Shown: positions 29,282-43,964 of the stretch, piece by piece
Layout of the letters: each line of letters starts with the position of its first letter
Numbering within the stretch: position 1 is the stretch's first letter
NCBI GenBank assembly: GCA_964016885.1
Contig: OZ024742.1
Coordinates: 191,146,001 to 191,210,000 of the forward strand
DNA length: 64,000 bases
Direction: 5' to 3'
From: Eledone cirrhosa
Lineage: Eukaryota
Translations under genes and position numbers: made by a program
Notes under the pieces: generated by a model
What the model saw: only the letters and a program-made list of their open reading frames with translations
Databases searched by the model: none
Told to the model about the DNA's origin: nothing

Positions 29282-31926
29282 AGAACTCATGTGGTCCTTG
29301 AACGACAAAAATATTAAATCTAACATCTCTTGGAAAAAGGTTTCTTCTTCTTCATACTTGAACAGTTCTCTATCCAAGACTTGCAATCTCTGTCTAAATG
29401 AAAAATTTACCATTATATCTAATTAAGATTCTGTAATAAATAGACGCACTGACTTGTTTTCTCTCTGCTTGCATACATTCCACAGAACATTCCATAAAGT
29501 ATACAGCTAATATCCTAAACTTTATCAATTTAGAATCCTTTTCTCAAAGGCACATATATATATATATACTTCTTTTTTAAAAATATACCCATCTTTCTAG
29601 CTTATTTCAAAGTTATTTATTATACATTATATAATACCTGTTACTCATTCTATATCACTCCTATTTATCACTTTTCTTTCTTCCTTTTTCTTTTCTTTTC
29701 TTTTTCTTTTAATTTCTAACCCCTAATCTGTACCCTTTTTCACTGTGCCTAACATAGAAACAATTATTACACAATACAATATATTCTTACCTTATATCAC
29801 CTTGAAAAAATCCTTCGTAAATATAAACACATTTTTTTGACGTTAGATTATTCATCCTCAATTCATTATTTTTTTCTCCCTTTCATCTAACTTATTCATG
29901 CTCATCTCACAATATATCCTTACTTACATTACTTATGATTTTTTAATAATACATATCAACATTTTCTTTCCATCGCACATATTATTAAACTCTTAAATAT
30001 TATTCTTAATACATATTAACATTTTCTTTCCATCGCACATATTATTAAACCCTTCAATATACAAACCTTAACTTTACATTATTTTTCTCTTCGTTAATTT
30101 TCAAATTCTTTTAATTAATACATTATCTTCCAACGGTTTTTCAACCTCTCTATGTAAAACAATATATTTTTCTCAGTTATAAAAGCTATCTCTCTCTCTC
30201 TATCAGCACTCTCTCCTCCTATCTCATCCTTCCTCATTATACTCCTCCCCCTCCACTTTTTACTCTCATCTCCTCCTCTTTTTCACCCTTTCCACCCCCA
30301 CCCCCTCAAACATTTTTTTCCCAATATCACACATCAATCTAAAACTACTTTTCATATGTTGATTTAAAACTGCACTATTCACAAGTGTTTTTTAACCTTC
30401 ATATCATGTCTTCCTATTTTATCTGATGAAAACACAAATATTATTGCATGATGATATTTGTTTTTGAAAAAGAAATCTTCTTCCAAAAGATGGTATATTT
30501 AATGTTTTTGTCTTTTAAGGACCATCATCATTCATCTTTCAAATACAAACTTAAAAGAACTAACACTGCTCTCTCAGAACTCATATGGTCCTTAAAAGAC
30601 AAAAACATTAAATATACCATCTTTTGGAAGAAGATTTCTTCTGCATCCTCATACTTGAACAGCTCTCTATCTAAAATCTGTAATCTCTGCCTAAATGAAA
30701 AATTTACCATTATCTCTAACCTAGATTCTATAATAAATAGACGCTCAGATTTGTTTTCTATCTGCCTGCATAAATTCCATAGAACTTTTCACAAAGTATA
30801 CAGTTAATATTCAATTCTTTATCAATTTAGAATCTTTTCTCAAAGACACATATACATACACCTCTTTAAAATATACCCATCTACCTTACTTTAAAGGGCA
30901 TTATACACTCTATAATACTCGTTTACTCATTACCCTCATTCTATCTTCTCGTAAAATCATAACATTTGTTTTTGTTTTTGACTTTTGAATATTCATCCGC
31001 AATCATGATTATTTTTTCTCTCTATCATAAATCTTTTTAATCTCAATTTCATCCTTAATTTATTATTATTTTTTTCTCGCCATCAACGAACTCATTATTA
31101 ATACATATTAACTATTTATTCGCACATATCAATTCAATCAATATACAAACTTTAACTTCACATTATTTTTCTCAAATCCTTCTACACACAAACCTTAACA
31201 ATTTTTCTCTTCGCTAATTTTGAAATTGCCACAATACATACATTTCTTCTTTTGACGTTAGAATATTCACCCACAATTATTATTATTTTTTTTTTCTCTC
31301 TATCTTCATACATAATTTCCCTTCGTTAATTTTCAAATTCCTTTAATTTATACATTATCTTCCAACAGTTCCCAACCTCTCTATATTAAAACAATATATC
31401 TTTTTCTCAGTTATAAAAACTATCTCTTTCTCTCTATCACCCATCTCTCCCTCTCCACCTTCACTCTCATCTCCTCCCCCTTTTTTTCATCCCCCCCCCT
31501 CCCTAAATAAAATATTTTTTCCTCGCACATATCCTCCCTTCGTTAATTTTCAAAATTTTTAATTTATGCAGTATCTTCCAACGGTTTTCAACCTCTCTAT
31601 GTAAAAAAAATAAAAAATATATCTCCTCTCAGTTATAAAAACTATCTCTTTCTCTCTATCACCCATCTCTCCCTCTCATCTCCTTCCCTTTTCATCCTTT
31701 CCTCCCCCCCTCTCTAAATAAAATATTTTTCCCAATATCACACATCAATCTAAAACCACTTTTCATATGTTGATTTAAAACTGCACTATCCACAAGTGTT
31801 TTTTAGCCTTCATATCATGTTCTCCTGTTTTATCTGATGAAAACACAAATATTATTGCTTGATGATGTTTGTTTTTGAAATGCGCATAATAAAATATATG
31901 GAACTCCTTTAACCATCTTTTGATCT

Positions 31927-31928
<2 letters not shown>
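29281..31928 (+). mobile_element. Two tandem 5'-truncated PLE 3' ends (29281-30470 and 30526-31928) with GIY-YIG C-terminal remnants
   Basis: 30530-30807 reads SSFKY...TNTALSELIWSLKDKNIKYTIFWKKISSASSY...CNLCLNEKFTII...CLHK, homologous to the C-terminus of ORF 46080-47435. 30468-30525 is an inverted copy of 30586-30640. Confidence 0.8.
31828..31894 (+). ncRNA. Type I HHR in PLE 3' region; truncated copy at 30417-30469; 3' half also at 12788-12815
   Basis: ttttat CTGATGA AAAC acaaatatta..tgatgtttgt TTTT GAAA TGCGC ATA ataaaa; stem III is the palindrome ATGCGCAT. Confidence 0.75.
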
Positions 31929-31967
<39 letters not shown>

Positions 31968-32075
31968 GTCTCTGTGTGTGTGTGTATGTGTGTGTGTTTG
32001 TGTGTGTTGCGTATGTGTTTGCGTATATATATATAATAAAAATAAGTTAACGGGACTAACATATATATATAGAGA

Positions 32076-32295
32076 GAAGCAGTTCCACAACAGTTAGTTC
32101 ACCATTACTGAGATCGATTGTTTAACCTTATTCGGATCATCAGCTCGGATCATCACCGAGCTGATGATCCGAATAAAGTGAAACAATTGTTCTCGATAAT
32201 GGTGAAATAACTGTTGTGGAACTGCTTCTACCAAACACGTCCCATGGGCTAAGTGCTCTACTACTACGGATATAACCAACCCGTATTCTACTATT
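32076..32295. mobile_element. Fold-back element J (centre about 32150) with HHR at 32157-32195 (+)
   Basis: cgag CTGATGA tcc gaataa agt GAAA CAATT GTT ctcg; inverted arm 32076-32148. Confidence 0.8.
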
Positions 32296-32331
32296 ATATA
32301 TATATAGATATACATACACACACACACACAC

Positions 32332-32389
<58 letters not shown>

Positions 32390-32701
32390 TAATATATGTA
32401 AATATATATTTACAAATTACTTTAGGATGAAAAATATAAGAAAACATATCAGTGAAGTTAACAACGATAACAGCAACAACCGTAACAACAACAAAACAGC
32501 AACACAATTAATAACCATACCAGTACCAACAATAACATTTCTGATAACATAAATAACAACAGTAAAACCATAATAACAACAAGAATGACACTAGTTATAA
32601 CGAAATGGAAAGGAAGAAGTGAAACCTAAAATCAATTTATTGAAATCATTACGTCATGTGTCTGAGATTATTGTTGCTGGTGCGAAACCAACTGTATCTT
32701 A

Positions 32702-32702
32702 T

Positions 32703-32775
<73 letters not shown>

Positions 32776-32811
32776 CAGCAGTAGTAGTAGTAGCAGTATT
32801 ATTAGTGGTAT

Positions 32812-32862
<51 letters not shown>

Positions 32863-32910
32863 CAGTAGTAGTAGTAGCAGTAGTAGTAGTAGCAGTATTA
32901 TTAGTGGTAT

Positions 32911-32958
<48 letters not shown>

Positions 32959-33147
32959 CAGTAGTAGTAGTAGCAGTAGTAGTAGTAGCAGTAGCAGTAG
33001 TAGCAGTAGTAGTAGCAGTAGTAGTAGTAGTAGTAGCAGTAGTAGTAGTAGTAGTAATGGTAGTAGCAGCAGCAGCAGTAGTATTAGTAGTAATGGTGGT
33101 GGTGACGGTGGTCATGGTGCTGGTGATGGTAATAGTAGTAGTAGTAA

Positions 33148-33201
<54 letters not shown>

Positions 33202-33250
33202 CAGCAGCAGCAGCAGCAGTAGCAAAAGCAGCAGTAGCAGCAGTGGCAGC
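32702..33250. repeat. (GTA)n/(GCA)n trinucleotide tract
   Basis: Direct reading. Confidence 0.95.
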
Positions 33251-34586
33251 TACATTTTCATGTAATGATGTTGCAGAGTATCTGACTTCGTTTTTTCAAA
33301 ATATTTGCAACAAAGCAGATTCCACTAAAGACTCCAAAAGCTAAATGATGGTGTTAAACAGGGTGTCAGGTTAAGTGTAGCACCCAAGGGCGACGCAGCT
33401 GGATTTGAACTCAGAAACAATTACTAAAGAACGAACCATTTCACGCTCTGTCTGGATTGGAAACTACTTTAATAAACCTAAATCGAATGGAAAGTAGATT
33501 ACCATCAATGCAATTTGAATTCAAGTTGCAACGCCCTGAAAGAGATAACGTACGTTATCTTACTCTGTGCTTTAATGAATCTGCTAATTCACTGCTTTAG
33601 CTCTTTTGTTCCTATATTTCTAATGAAAGACACTGCCTATGATTTTGAAATAATATTTTAAATAATCAAGAATTTTGAAGATTTAGTTATAAAACTATCT
33701 TTCTTATTAAGTTGATGTTTTGAACATTACTTAAATATTCTTGCATAACAAAGATTATTAATTATATTGATGGAAGGTTCAATTTAACCAAGCAGCTTTA
33801 TATCAACAAATCAAGGGACAGTTAATGTCTGATCGATATCAAAAGAGTTAATCCATTGAAACGTATTAATTGAAGAAGGCCAACACAGTATCACTTCCGT
33901 CAATATAACAACAACGTACTTGCCCTTAATGTCCGAATACATAATATTAGCACGCTATTTGCCAAGCATTTCCGCTTCTTCTTTAATTAACACTACGAAT
34001 ACGATCTCAATGACCACTACGACATTGAAGAAATATCACATGACCCTTTAACACAAACTATAGGTCAAATCCACAGTTACTATTAAGATAGCGCGTGAAC
34101 AAAACAATCGAACAAAATTAGAACAACAACAACGAAAGAACCACCATGATTATCATCACAGCCACTATGACCCTCTTTTGGCGCCTGTGTAAAGAATTTG
34201 GTAATAATATCTCTGACAACTCCACCACTTTCAATTTAACATCGTTTCCACAACGACCACTACTACTATATCAGCAACATATCAGCGTCATTAGTAATAC
34301 ATCGACAAGTAATGTCACCAAGAAACTGTATCTGTATAGTCGAATAGTTTTCTTCTTAATGAGCAGTAATCACGCTCTCCTCATGGCGCCTGTCGGCAAA
34401 CGCAGAGAAACATCTTATCAGAGAGACACTTGGGTCATTAAAATTACGTTCACCATTGTTGTTAATCAATACTATGCTTTTCTTCAAGCAAGCTTCTATT
34501 TTGCATTTATATATATCCTTAATTTTCTTTCGCATTTCATTGTCACAGGTGTCTCAATACTTTCGCTCTACCTGCTGTACGTTCGA

Positions 34587-34711
<125 letters not shown>

Positions 34712-35401
34712 CACGGACCTAATACAACTCTGTACAATTGACTCCTACTTTATGTTTGTTCCTTTCAAATATATATATATATATATATATAAATCTACCA
34801 AAATAAACGGTAGCGTCCAATCTGTATGAAGAACTCAATGTAATCGAAATATGGAGGATATCATGAAAAGAGAAAAATGCATTAAACATTTAACGATAAA
34901 AATCATAGGAAAATAGAGTCAAAGATAAATTAATAAAAACAATGAAATAAGATGGCATATATAAGTGAAGGTATGTATATCTCCTCGGATAATTTGTAAT
35001 ATTTTTTTTTACATAGATTTTTAATATGATATGCATACCAACACACATATATATCCCAGAAACGATCGTAAAATGATGATTTTTTTATATAAGGAACATG
35101 TTCTTTGTTTTTATTTCATTGTTTTTATTAATTTATATATATAGAGAGATATTTAGGGAGATAGAAAGCAGGCTTTGTTTTAGAAATGGCTAGTGGATTT
35201 GAAAATTAGGTAGTAACTACATACAATTAGTCTGTTTGGTTCGATTTAAAAAAAAACCTCTGATGGAAAAAAAAGGATGCGTATTGATGTACGTTAGACA
35301 CGAACCCACATAATTGGTTTGCCGGACCAATGTGTGGCCATCACACCAACACGTCACCCATCATTTCTTCCATTCAATTAGAAGCTATGTAACAGTAACA
35401 G

Positions 35402-35460
<59 letters not shown>

Positions 35461-35464
<4 letters not shown>

Positions 35465-36427
35465 ACTCTTCACTGATTGACCTCGATGTCACGTGACTGA
35501 TTCTTTTGAATTTGCCACCGACGCAGTAGGCAGTGATTTTTTCAATTGCTTGGAATTTAGTCCATGCTTTGCTTTTTTCCATCCACTGAATTATTTTTGT
35601 ACAATTTCCCTGTGTCCACGTATTGCCTGGAAACTTAGCTGAGAATAGACTTCCCTGATGACGAAAGGCTTCTCCGTACGTTTCTTCGGAAACTATGTTT
35701 ATTCCCTTTCAGAAACTAATTAGTTGGAGTGAAATTTTAGTAATTAAGTTAATTTTATAATTTTCTTATTTTACTTCTCTCATATTATTGTTCTGCATCC
35801 CCATGCATTGAACCACAATGTTACTAAGACAAAACCTATATATTTGCTAGCATAAGTATGCATCTGTGTATATATATGTTACTAGATATACTAATTCTTT
35901 ATAATTATCTCCAAATTATTTTGTCGAGCAAAAATTGGCCAAAACTGCTACTATAGTAACGGTCCGGCTGATGTCTTCTTAACAAACCACTCTTCAGTGA
36001 TTGACCTCGAAGTCACGTGACTGATTCTTTTGAATTTGCCACCGACGCAGTAGGCAGTGATTTTTTAAATGGCTTGGAATTTAGTCCACGCTTTGCTTTT
36101 TTCCATCCACTGAATTATTTGTGTATAAGTTCCCTGTGTCCACGTATTGCCTGGAAACTTAGCTGAGAATAGACTTCCCTGATGACGAAAGGCTTCTCCG
36201 TACGTTTCTTCGGGAACTATGTTTATTCCCTTTCAGAAACTAATTAGTTGGAGTGAAACTTTAGTAAGTAAGTTAATTTTATAATTTTCTTATTTTACGT
36301 CTCTCATATTATTATTCTGCATCCCCATTCATTGAACCACAAAGTTACTAAGACAAAACCTATATATTTGCTAGCATAAGTATGCATCTGTGTATATATA
36401 TGTTACTAGATATACTAATTCTTTATA
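35461..36427 (+). mobile_element. Retrozyme-like tandem unit, 524-bp period, one HHR per repeat (35651-35729 and 36175-36253)
   Basis: ttcc CTGATGA cGAAAGG...CCTTTCa GAAA CTAATTA GTT ggag in both copies; flanked by (TA)n. Confidence 0.75.
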
Positions 36428-36438
36428 TTCTTTATATA

Positions 36439-36470
<32 letters not shown>

Positions 36471-36492
36471 CATATATGTATATATATATACA

Positions 36493-36551
<59 letters not shown>

Positions 36552-36590
36552 GTATATGTATGTATATATATATACATATATGTATATATA

Positions 36591-36639
<49 letters not shown>

Positions 36640-36647
36640 CATATATA

Positions 36648-37362
36648 GTAATAATAATAAAATTGAAGACTAAAATCCAAAGAGGGCTCGATAAGGAAAA
36701 TATATATCAAATATATAAGAACCGTAGAGCAAATATTTATTAAAATAACAGATTAAAGTTTAAGCAAAGAATCGCTGCTTTCACCCTTAACGGGATCTTC
36801 TGAAACTAACAAAGTCAATCTGTAAACGCAGAACTGGATATTTCAAAAAACGTTGCAACCGAAGACAGGAAGACGATACTTTGGTTCGTGGAAACGTTCG
36901 CTGGCAAAGAACGGGAAAAAACGAATAATACGTCATTAATAGGAGCGGTGAAAAAACTTCTGCTATACCATTTACGTGGTTTTGTCTTTGCGTGCTATTG
37001 TTCTCCACGCTCCACATATGACTTATTATCTTCGATTTTTCGTTCATTGCCAGAGAACGTCTCTATGCACCACCTAAGAGAACATTAGTCTACGACCTCT
37101 TTTATACCATAAACGTGGTTCTGTCTTTGCGCGTAATTGTTTTTCACCGCTCCTATTAATGACATATTATTCGTTTTTGCCCGTTCTTTGCCAGCGAACG
37201 TATCCACGAACCAAAGTATCGTCTTCCTGTCTTCGGTTGCAACGTTTTTTGAAATATCCAGTTCTGCGTTTACAGATTGACTTTGTTAGTTTCAGAAGAT
37301 CCCGTTAATGGTGAAAGCAGCGATTCTTTGCTTAAACTTTAATCTGTTATTTTAATAAATAT
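36648..37362. mobile_element. Fold-back element K (arms about 36733-36957 and 37139-37362, tail 36648-36732)
   Basis: Inverted repeat; the tail also appears at 29080-29200. Confidence 0.85.
36757..36807 (-). ncRNA. HHR-like motif with variant core CAGAAGA; mirrored at 37288-37338 (+)
   Basis: agttt CAGAAGA t CCC gttaa GGG t GAAA GCAG cgattct TTG CTT aaact. Confidence 0.55.
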
Positions 37363-37427
37363 ATACATATATATATATATATACATATTTATATATATAT
37401 ATATGTATATGTATATATATATACATT

Positions 37428-37495
<68 letters not shown>

Positions 37496-37515
37496 TACAT
37501 ATATATATACATATA

Positions 37516-37599
<84 letters not shown>

Positions 37600-37698
37600 C
37601 CGTTTTCAGCTGTTTACTGCATTTCCATAGAGAGTTTTATTGCGCCTTTCGACAAATGTATTTCGTATACAAACACACAGACGCACGCACCCCCCTCC

Positions 37699-37786
<88 letters not shown>

Positions 37787-38408
37787 TATATATATATATA
37801 TATTATAAATGTTAATTCAGAAACAAAAACGATGTATCAATCTCACTCTTCGGGAAACGTGAGATAGATGGTGGACAGAGAAACGTTACGTAAAACCGGA
37901 GAAATTGCAAGATATTCGAAGTCATTAAATGCTTCCATGTTCTTAAATCTGGTGAGGTATTTATTCTACCATGTAATATGGATTATGTTGTGTTATGTAT
38001 TTCTAAAAAATAAGTTGGTCCTGCATGGATAAACAAAGATAACGGCCACTAACTTCCAAAATAAATAACGAGGGAGTCAATTTGATCATGCATCCTGTTA
38101 GAAAACGCAACCGAATTTCACTTAACTCACACAGTGCCGTTGATGAAATACACATGACAGATTCATGGGTAGACATATTGTTGAGAATAGGTCTGTTTGA
38201 TGACGGAAGACTTGGGTCTAAACAGCAACACGAACTGATCAGTTCCTTCTTCGAACTAATGAATTAAACATGTTTATTTTTAAACACATTTTAAACAGAC
38301 CCTCTCTCCTCTATCTCTTATATGTTTAGATAAATGTACACATATAAACTGTTCGGATCTAGCTGTCGAAACGGCCGGAGCTCAGCCGTCGGCGTCCTGA
38401 ATCTTTTC

Positions 38409-38467
<59 letters not shown>

Positions 38468-38508
38468 CACGCACGCACACACATATATATATATATATAC
38501 ACACAGAT

Positions 38509-38539
<31 letters not shown>

Positions 38540-39011
38540 GAAGTGCGTGTGAAAGAGAGTTATTATTGTTACTATTATGTACATATATATATTGTTAAGT
38601 GTATAGTGATGAGAATCATGCACATGCGCACTTGACTGTGCGTGAGTGGGTTGCTACTATAGAGTAGATAATCGAGGTTGATAATATTTAGTAAATATAA
38701 AAATATTTATCCTCCTACCATAATTTTATCTCACCTGCCTTAGGACAATTCTGTATGTCATTGGTTAGAGCACAATTATTTTTCCGTCAGTCATTTAACT
38801 CCATTTCAACGTAACAGAAAATTCTAGTAGATATTATGACAATGATATATTAATGATATTGTAGTCCTCTAAAGACAGGTGTGATTTACGTCTCGTTCAA
38901 TTAATGGCTTCTGATTTAGTTACATGGCCAACAATTTTTTTTTTTGGGGGGGGGGGGGTTAAGGACTCTGCCCCCTACGAGCTACCAGAAATAAGGGACG
39001 AAGAAGATATG

Positions 39012-39059
<48 letters not shown>

Positions 39060-39216
39060 AAGAATGAAGAGTAACATGGTTGGCTGTACAATATATATAA
39101 GCAAAGGGGTATTTAATTTGTTGGTAATTCAACAAATATATGTATAACAGATTCGTAAACTTGAACCGTTAAGGTCTGATTCCTGGGTATGTCACTATTT
39201 ATAGAAAAACTTTGTA

Positions 39217-39273
39217 TTTTCTCTGATGAGAGCATACCAACATTTTGTTACCCTTGAAATATATATAATAGAA
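39217..39273 (+). ncRNA. Degenerate HHR of family A
   Basis: CTGATGA gagcatacc...ccctt GAAA TATAT ATA atagaa. Confidence 0.5.
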
Positions 39274-39316
39274 TAAATATGGTTTTATAAAGATAGTTTC
39301 CATTTATTACTATCAA

Positions 39317-39400
<84 letters not shown>

Positions 39401-39408
<8 letters not shown>

Positions 39409-39610
39409 GAGAGGTTTTTTTTACAAAATGAAAAATAACCAAGGTGTTCTACACGAGTGAAAGTATGAAGAAAAAGAGATGAAATCGAAAATGCAACTGG
39501 AGTCTTATTTTTTTTTAAAATATATATATTTATTTGGTTCCTTTACCGGTTTCGCAGTTCTTCTGCTTTTCAAAAGGTGAGTTGAGATGGAGGGTCTGTG
39601 GCTTTCCTCA

Positions 39611-39615
<5 letters not shown>
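39401..39615 (-). mobile_element. Single-arm copy of family C ending at the fold point
   Basis: Matches 16577-16789 and ends CTCACATCA then (TA)n. Confidence 0.85.
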
Positions 39616-39651
<36 letters not shown>

Positions 39652-39701
39652 TATCCTTGATATATATACATTTATTAATATCCTAGATATATATATATAT
39701 T

Positions 39702-39996
<295 letters not shown>

Positions 39997-39999
39997 ATA

Positions 40000-40409
40000 T
40001 AACCAAAAGTTAAACGAGGTTCATTGATTAATCAATGAATATAGTTTTACAATAGATTAGAAGCACTCAACAAAGAAGTTTTCTGGAGTTATTAATATTA
40101 ATTCAAAATATTAATAAATGTAGACATACACGTAATCAAAATATATTTTTTATTATATATATTTCGGAGGTACTGTGCTGTTTTTTCCGTACGTCCTCAT
40201 CAGATAAAATATATAAATTGATGTATGACATACCTCAAAAACTGCCCAAACTGGAATTGAACCATCAGCACAGTTGAGGTATGTCATACATAAATTTATA
40301 TATTTTATCTGATGAGGACATACTGAAAAAACAGCACATTACCTCCGAAATGTATATAATAAAAAATATATTTTGATTACGTGTATGTCTACATTTATTA
40401 ATATTTTGA

Positions 40410-40415
<6 letters not shown>
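40000..40415. mobile_element. Fold-back element L with HHRs at 40303-40364 (+) and 40148-40209 (-)
   Basis: ttttat CTGATGA GGA...TCC GAAA T(G/A)TAT ATA ataaaa; arms about 40091-40237 and 40274-40415, tail on the left. Confidence 0.8.
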
Positions 40416-40500
<85 letters not shown>

Positions 40501-40914
40501 CATATGCGTGAGTGTTTAGACATGTGTGTGTGCAAGTTTATGTAAATAGGATGGGGGAACATGTCTATGAATATGTAAAATATATTGTCTAATTTGATCG
40601 ATATTGGTAAGACGTTTTTTTTCTTGTAAATGCTGTATATATTATTGTCATTAGTAGTTCGAAATGTTATTAATTCCATATTTTCATTTCACAGTGTATG
40701 TTGTGGAACATATTATAATAAAGCGGATGACTTCATAAGCATTTGCAAAATACCAAATGTAGGCCTTCCGACGCACATGACAACAATAAAAATTGATAAC
40801 TATAAACAAAAGTTGAGAAAATCTGTTAAATTACATTTGTAGACATTTTCCTTTGCTCATTTCTCTCCCAACTACTATTTATAGTGAACGAGCATTATTA
40901 TGTGCATTTATTAA

Positions 40915-41108
40915 GGGCGGTGGATTGGCAGTATCGGTAGAGGGTCGGACGCCATGCTTTGACGCATAGAGTTACGGCCCTTGCCATTCTGAGTTCAAAT
41001 CCCGCCGCGGTTAACTTTGCCTTTCATCCTTACGGGGTCGATAAAATAAAGTACCAGTAATACACTGGGTAATTTTTGGCCTTGTGCCAAAAGTAGAAAC
41101 AATTATTA
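40915..41108 (+). mobile_element. tRNA-derived SINE with 18-bp TSD
   Basis: ATTATTATGTGCATTTAT at 40894-40911 and 41102-41119. Confidence 0.9.
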
Positions 41109-41359
41109 TGTGCATTTATAGGACACCCACATTTCAAACGCAACAATATCAACAATATATAATGACTCTAAAAATAACGTTAAGACTAAAATGTACAATC
41201 TCGCTCAAGTAGATTGAAAGACATTAGAAATATTCAATAGCCTAGGTGGGGACTGGATGATTTATTAATATCATAAAATAGGAGAGTACATTTAATCTAG
41301 TAATTCATAACAAATATCATTAAACTCAGGAAACACGGAGAATTATCCTGAAGAAGAGA

Positions 41360-41620
41360 ATATCTATCTATGCCGAGTACTTGGTCACCATCTATCTTTA
41401 CACATGCCTTCCAAAGATCTCTGCCTATCATCAGCTTTCTGAGCTCCCGCGCACTATCCTCACTGGTATCATCCAGCAAGCAATTATTACAATTACTTTT
41501 CCTTCTGCCCCTGTTTGTTAATCCATATATTGATTTTTCCACCCCAGAACAAGATCACTTGCTACTTCCACATGGTGGCGAAGATAGTGACCTGCAAATT
41601 TCATTCTCCCCTCAATTATC
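41360..41620 (-). pseudogene. 3' remnant of an RTE-like LINE ORF
   Basis: GLTNRGRRKSNCNNCLLDDTSEDSARELRKLMIGRDLWKACV resembles the G.R.RGRP...L..D.....L...A.DR..WR C-terminus of RTE-clade elements. Confidence 0.5.
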
Positions 41621-42896
41621 GTTTACTTTACTGGTGTAAGCTACCGATACATTACTCCGGTGGTGAGTTTCTGCTTCTATGAAACGTTAGGAAACGCTGG
41701 GAAAGATATGTGTCTCTCATTGCTTAGATGTCACAATTGATAGTAAATTTTGGAAACATCAACTTCCTAGAGTTAAAAAGGTCGCTCAATAGTACACCGT
41801 CTTTAACTAACCCACTCATTCACTCACTAAATAAACAATGTATGTAGTAAGACTATGCAAGCCACTAAAAGCCAGGAAATATTTTTTAGGAAATTAATTT
41901 CATTAAATTTATAATCAGTATGAAAATATCAGAGCTGACAACACTTCCAGTACGACGGGGAGATCTCCCACCCACTTTGAGGTTGGTGAGAGATGATTTC
42001 TCTTGTGAAAATGGTTATAGCTTTCATTATGTAAAACCTCCCCATTTTGCTTCATTTCTCCCCGTTTTGGGGTTCTTTTTCCTTTCATGGTACCCCCTCG
42101 TTTGTTTTTTTAGACGTTGGCAGATCTGAAATATATATATATCATTCTAGTAAATACTCGGCATAAGAGCCTACGGACTAAAACATGCGCCTAAAAGAAA
42201 CAATTCACTTTAAAACATTCACCGGATTATTCTTTAGACATAATGCTAAAATAAAACAGATAATAATAAATAAACTAATCCGAAATTGTTAGAGAAATTG
42301 TAACATATAAACCTATATTTCCATGATCGTGACATCAATAAATGTTTTAGTGATATATCAGTCAACTTAAATGTCAAAAATAGCATTTCCTCCAGCAATT
42401 CCTATAAATATTTTATTTCTATACGTTTGATATAGCTTTGAAAAGAAGCCGCGTGTCTTAGTGGCTACGGTGTATTAGGCTCACGATCGTAAAATCATGA
42501 GTTCTATTCTTGGTAATGCAATGTGTCCTTCAGTAAGACACTATATTTTTCGTTGTTCCAGTTCATTCAGGCGGCAGATATGAGACGTACCTCTAAATCA
42601 AAAAGTCACCCGTGTCACACAATGTGCCCCCTGTACCTCCCTAAGTATTACGTTAATATTACACGAGTTTTCTTTATATGTTATATGTCTCACGTTCTGG
42701 TTAAATCATATATATATATATTTATAATTTGGGAGGGTCATGCCGCCGATAAAATATATATATATATGCGAGAAAAACCACAAATCCTCCATCTCAATTC
42801 TACTTTTAAAAAGCCTAAGATCTGTGAAACCGGCAAAGGAAACAAATAAATATTCTTAAAAAGACCCCAGTTGCATTTTCGATTTCATCTTTTTTC

Positions 42897-42947
<51 letters not shown>

Positions 42948-43422
42948 GTGTGTGTCTATTCAAAGCATCCGAGACGAAGATGAATCACAGAATTCAACCG
43001 ATGAGCGGAAACTGTCCATATGTTCGTCTCTCCCGAATTTATATGTTCCAACTGCTTTTCTAAATACAAGTATAGAAGGGGTACAGTGTGGAAATTCGAA
43101 ATCTACACCAGTCAAGTACTGGCTGATCGCTCTGTACTAAACAACCTCTGACTAGCATTACAGTGAAGATATAAGCTAGATGATCAGCTTTTAGATGCAA
43201 TGGCAATTGTAACTAAACCACCCAAGCGTAGAATGAAATACTTATTAAATCTCGAATGTAGGAAAAACATGTGAACTCAGTTGATTGCTATATATAATGG
43301 GTTAGACAATCAGGACAATACCCCCCTCTCTCAATATATATGTATATGTGTGTGTATGTGTGTGTTTATATATATATAAATATATATACACAGATATATA
43401 TAAATGTATGTATATATATATA

Positions 43423-43520
<98 letters not shown>

Positions 43521-43538
43521 TATGTAAATATTTATATA

Positions 43539-43592
<54 letters not shown>

Positions 43593-43680
43593 CATATATT
43601 TATATATATATATACATATATGTGTGTGTGTGTATGTATATATTTATATATATATATACATATATATGTATGTATATATT

Positions 43681-43754
<74 letters not shown>

Positions 43755-43880
43755 AGAAGGTTCCATCATAAAATTAATAAGGCAGAATGAAACGAAACGC
43801 ACCTACAGCATTTAAAATTGCTAATGTTTTCGACTTAAATCACTATGGAAGGACACACACACATATATATATGTATATAT

Positions 43881-43960
<80 letters not shown>

Positions 43961-43964
<4 letters not shown>

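Noticed and set aside
32619-33344. Poly-Val and poly-Thr ORFs
   Set aside because: Read-through of a (GTA)n tract
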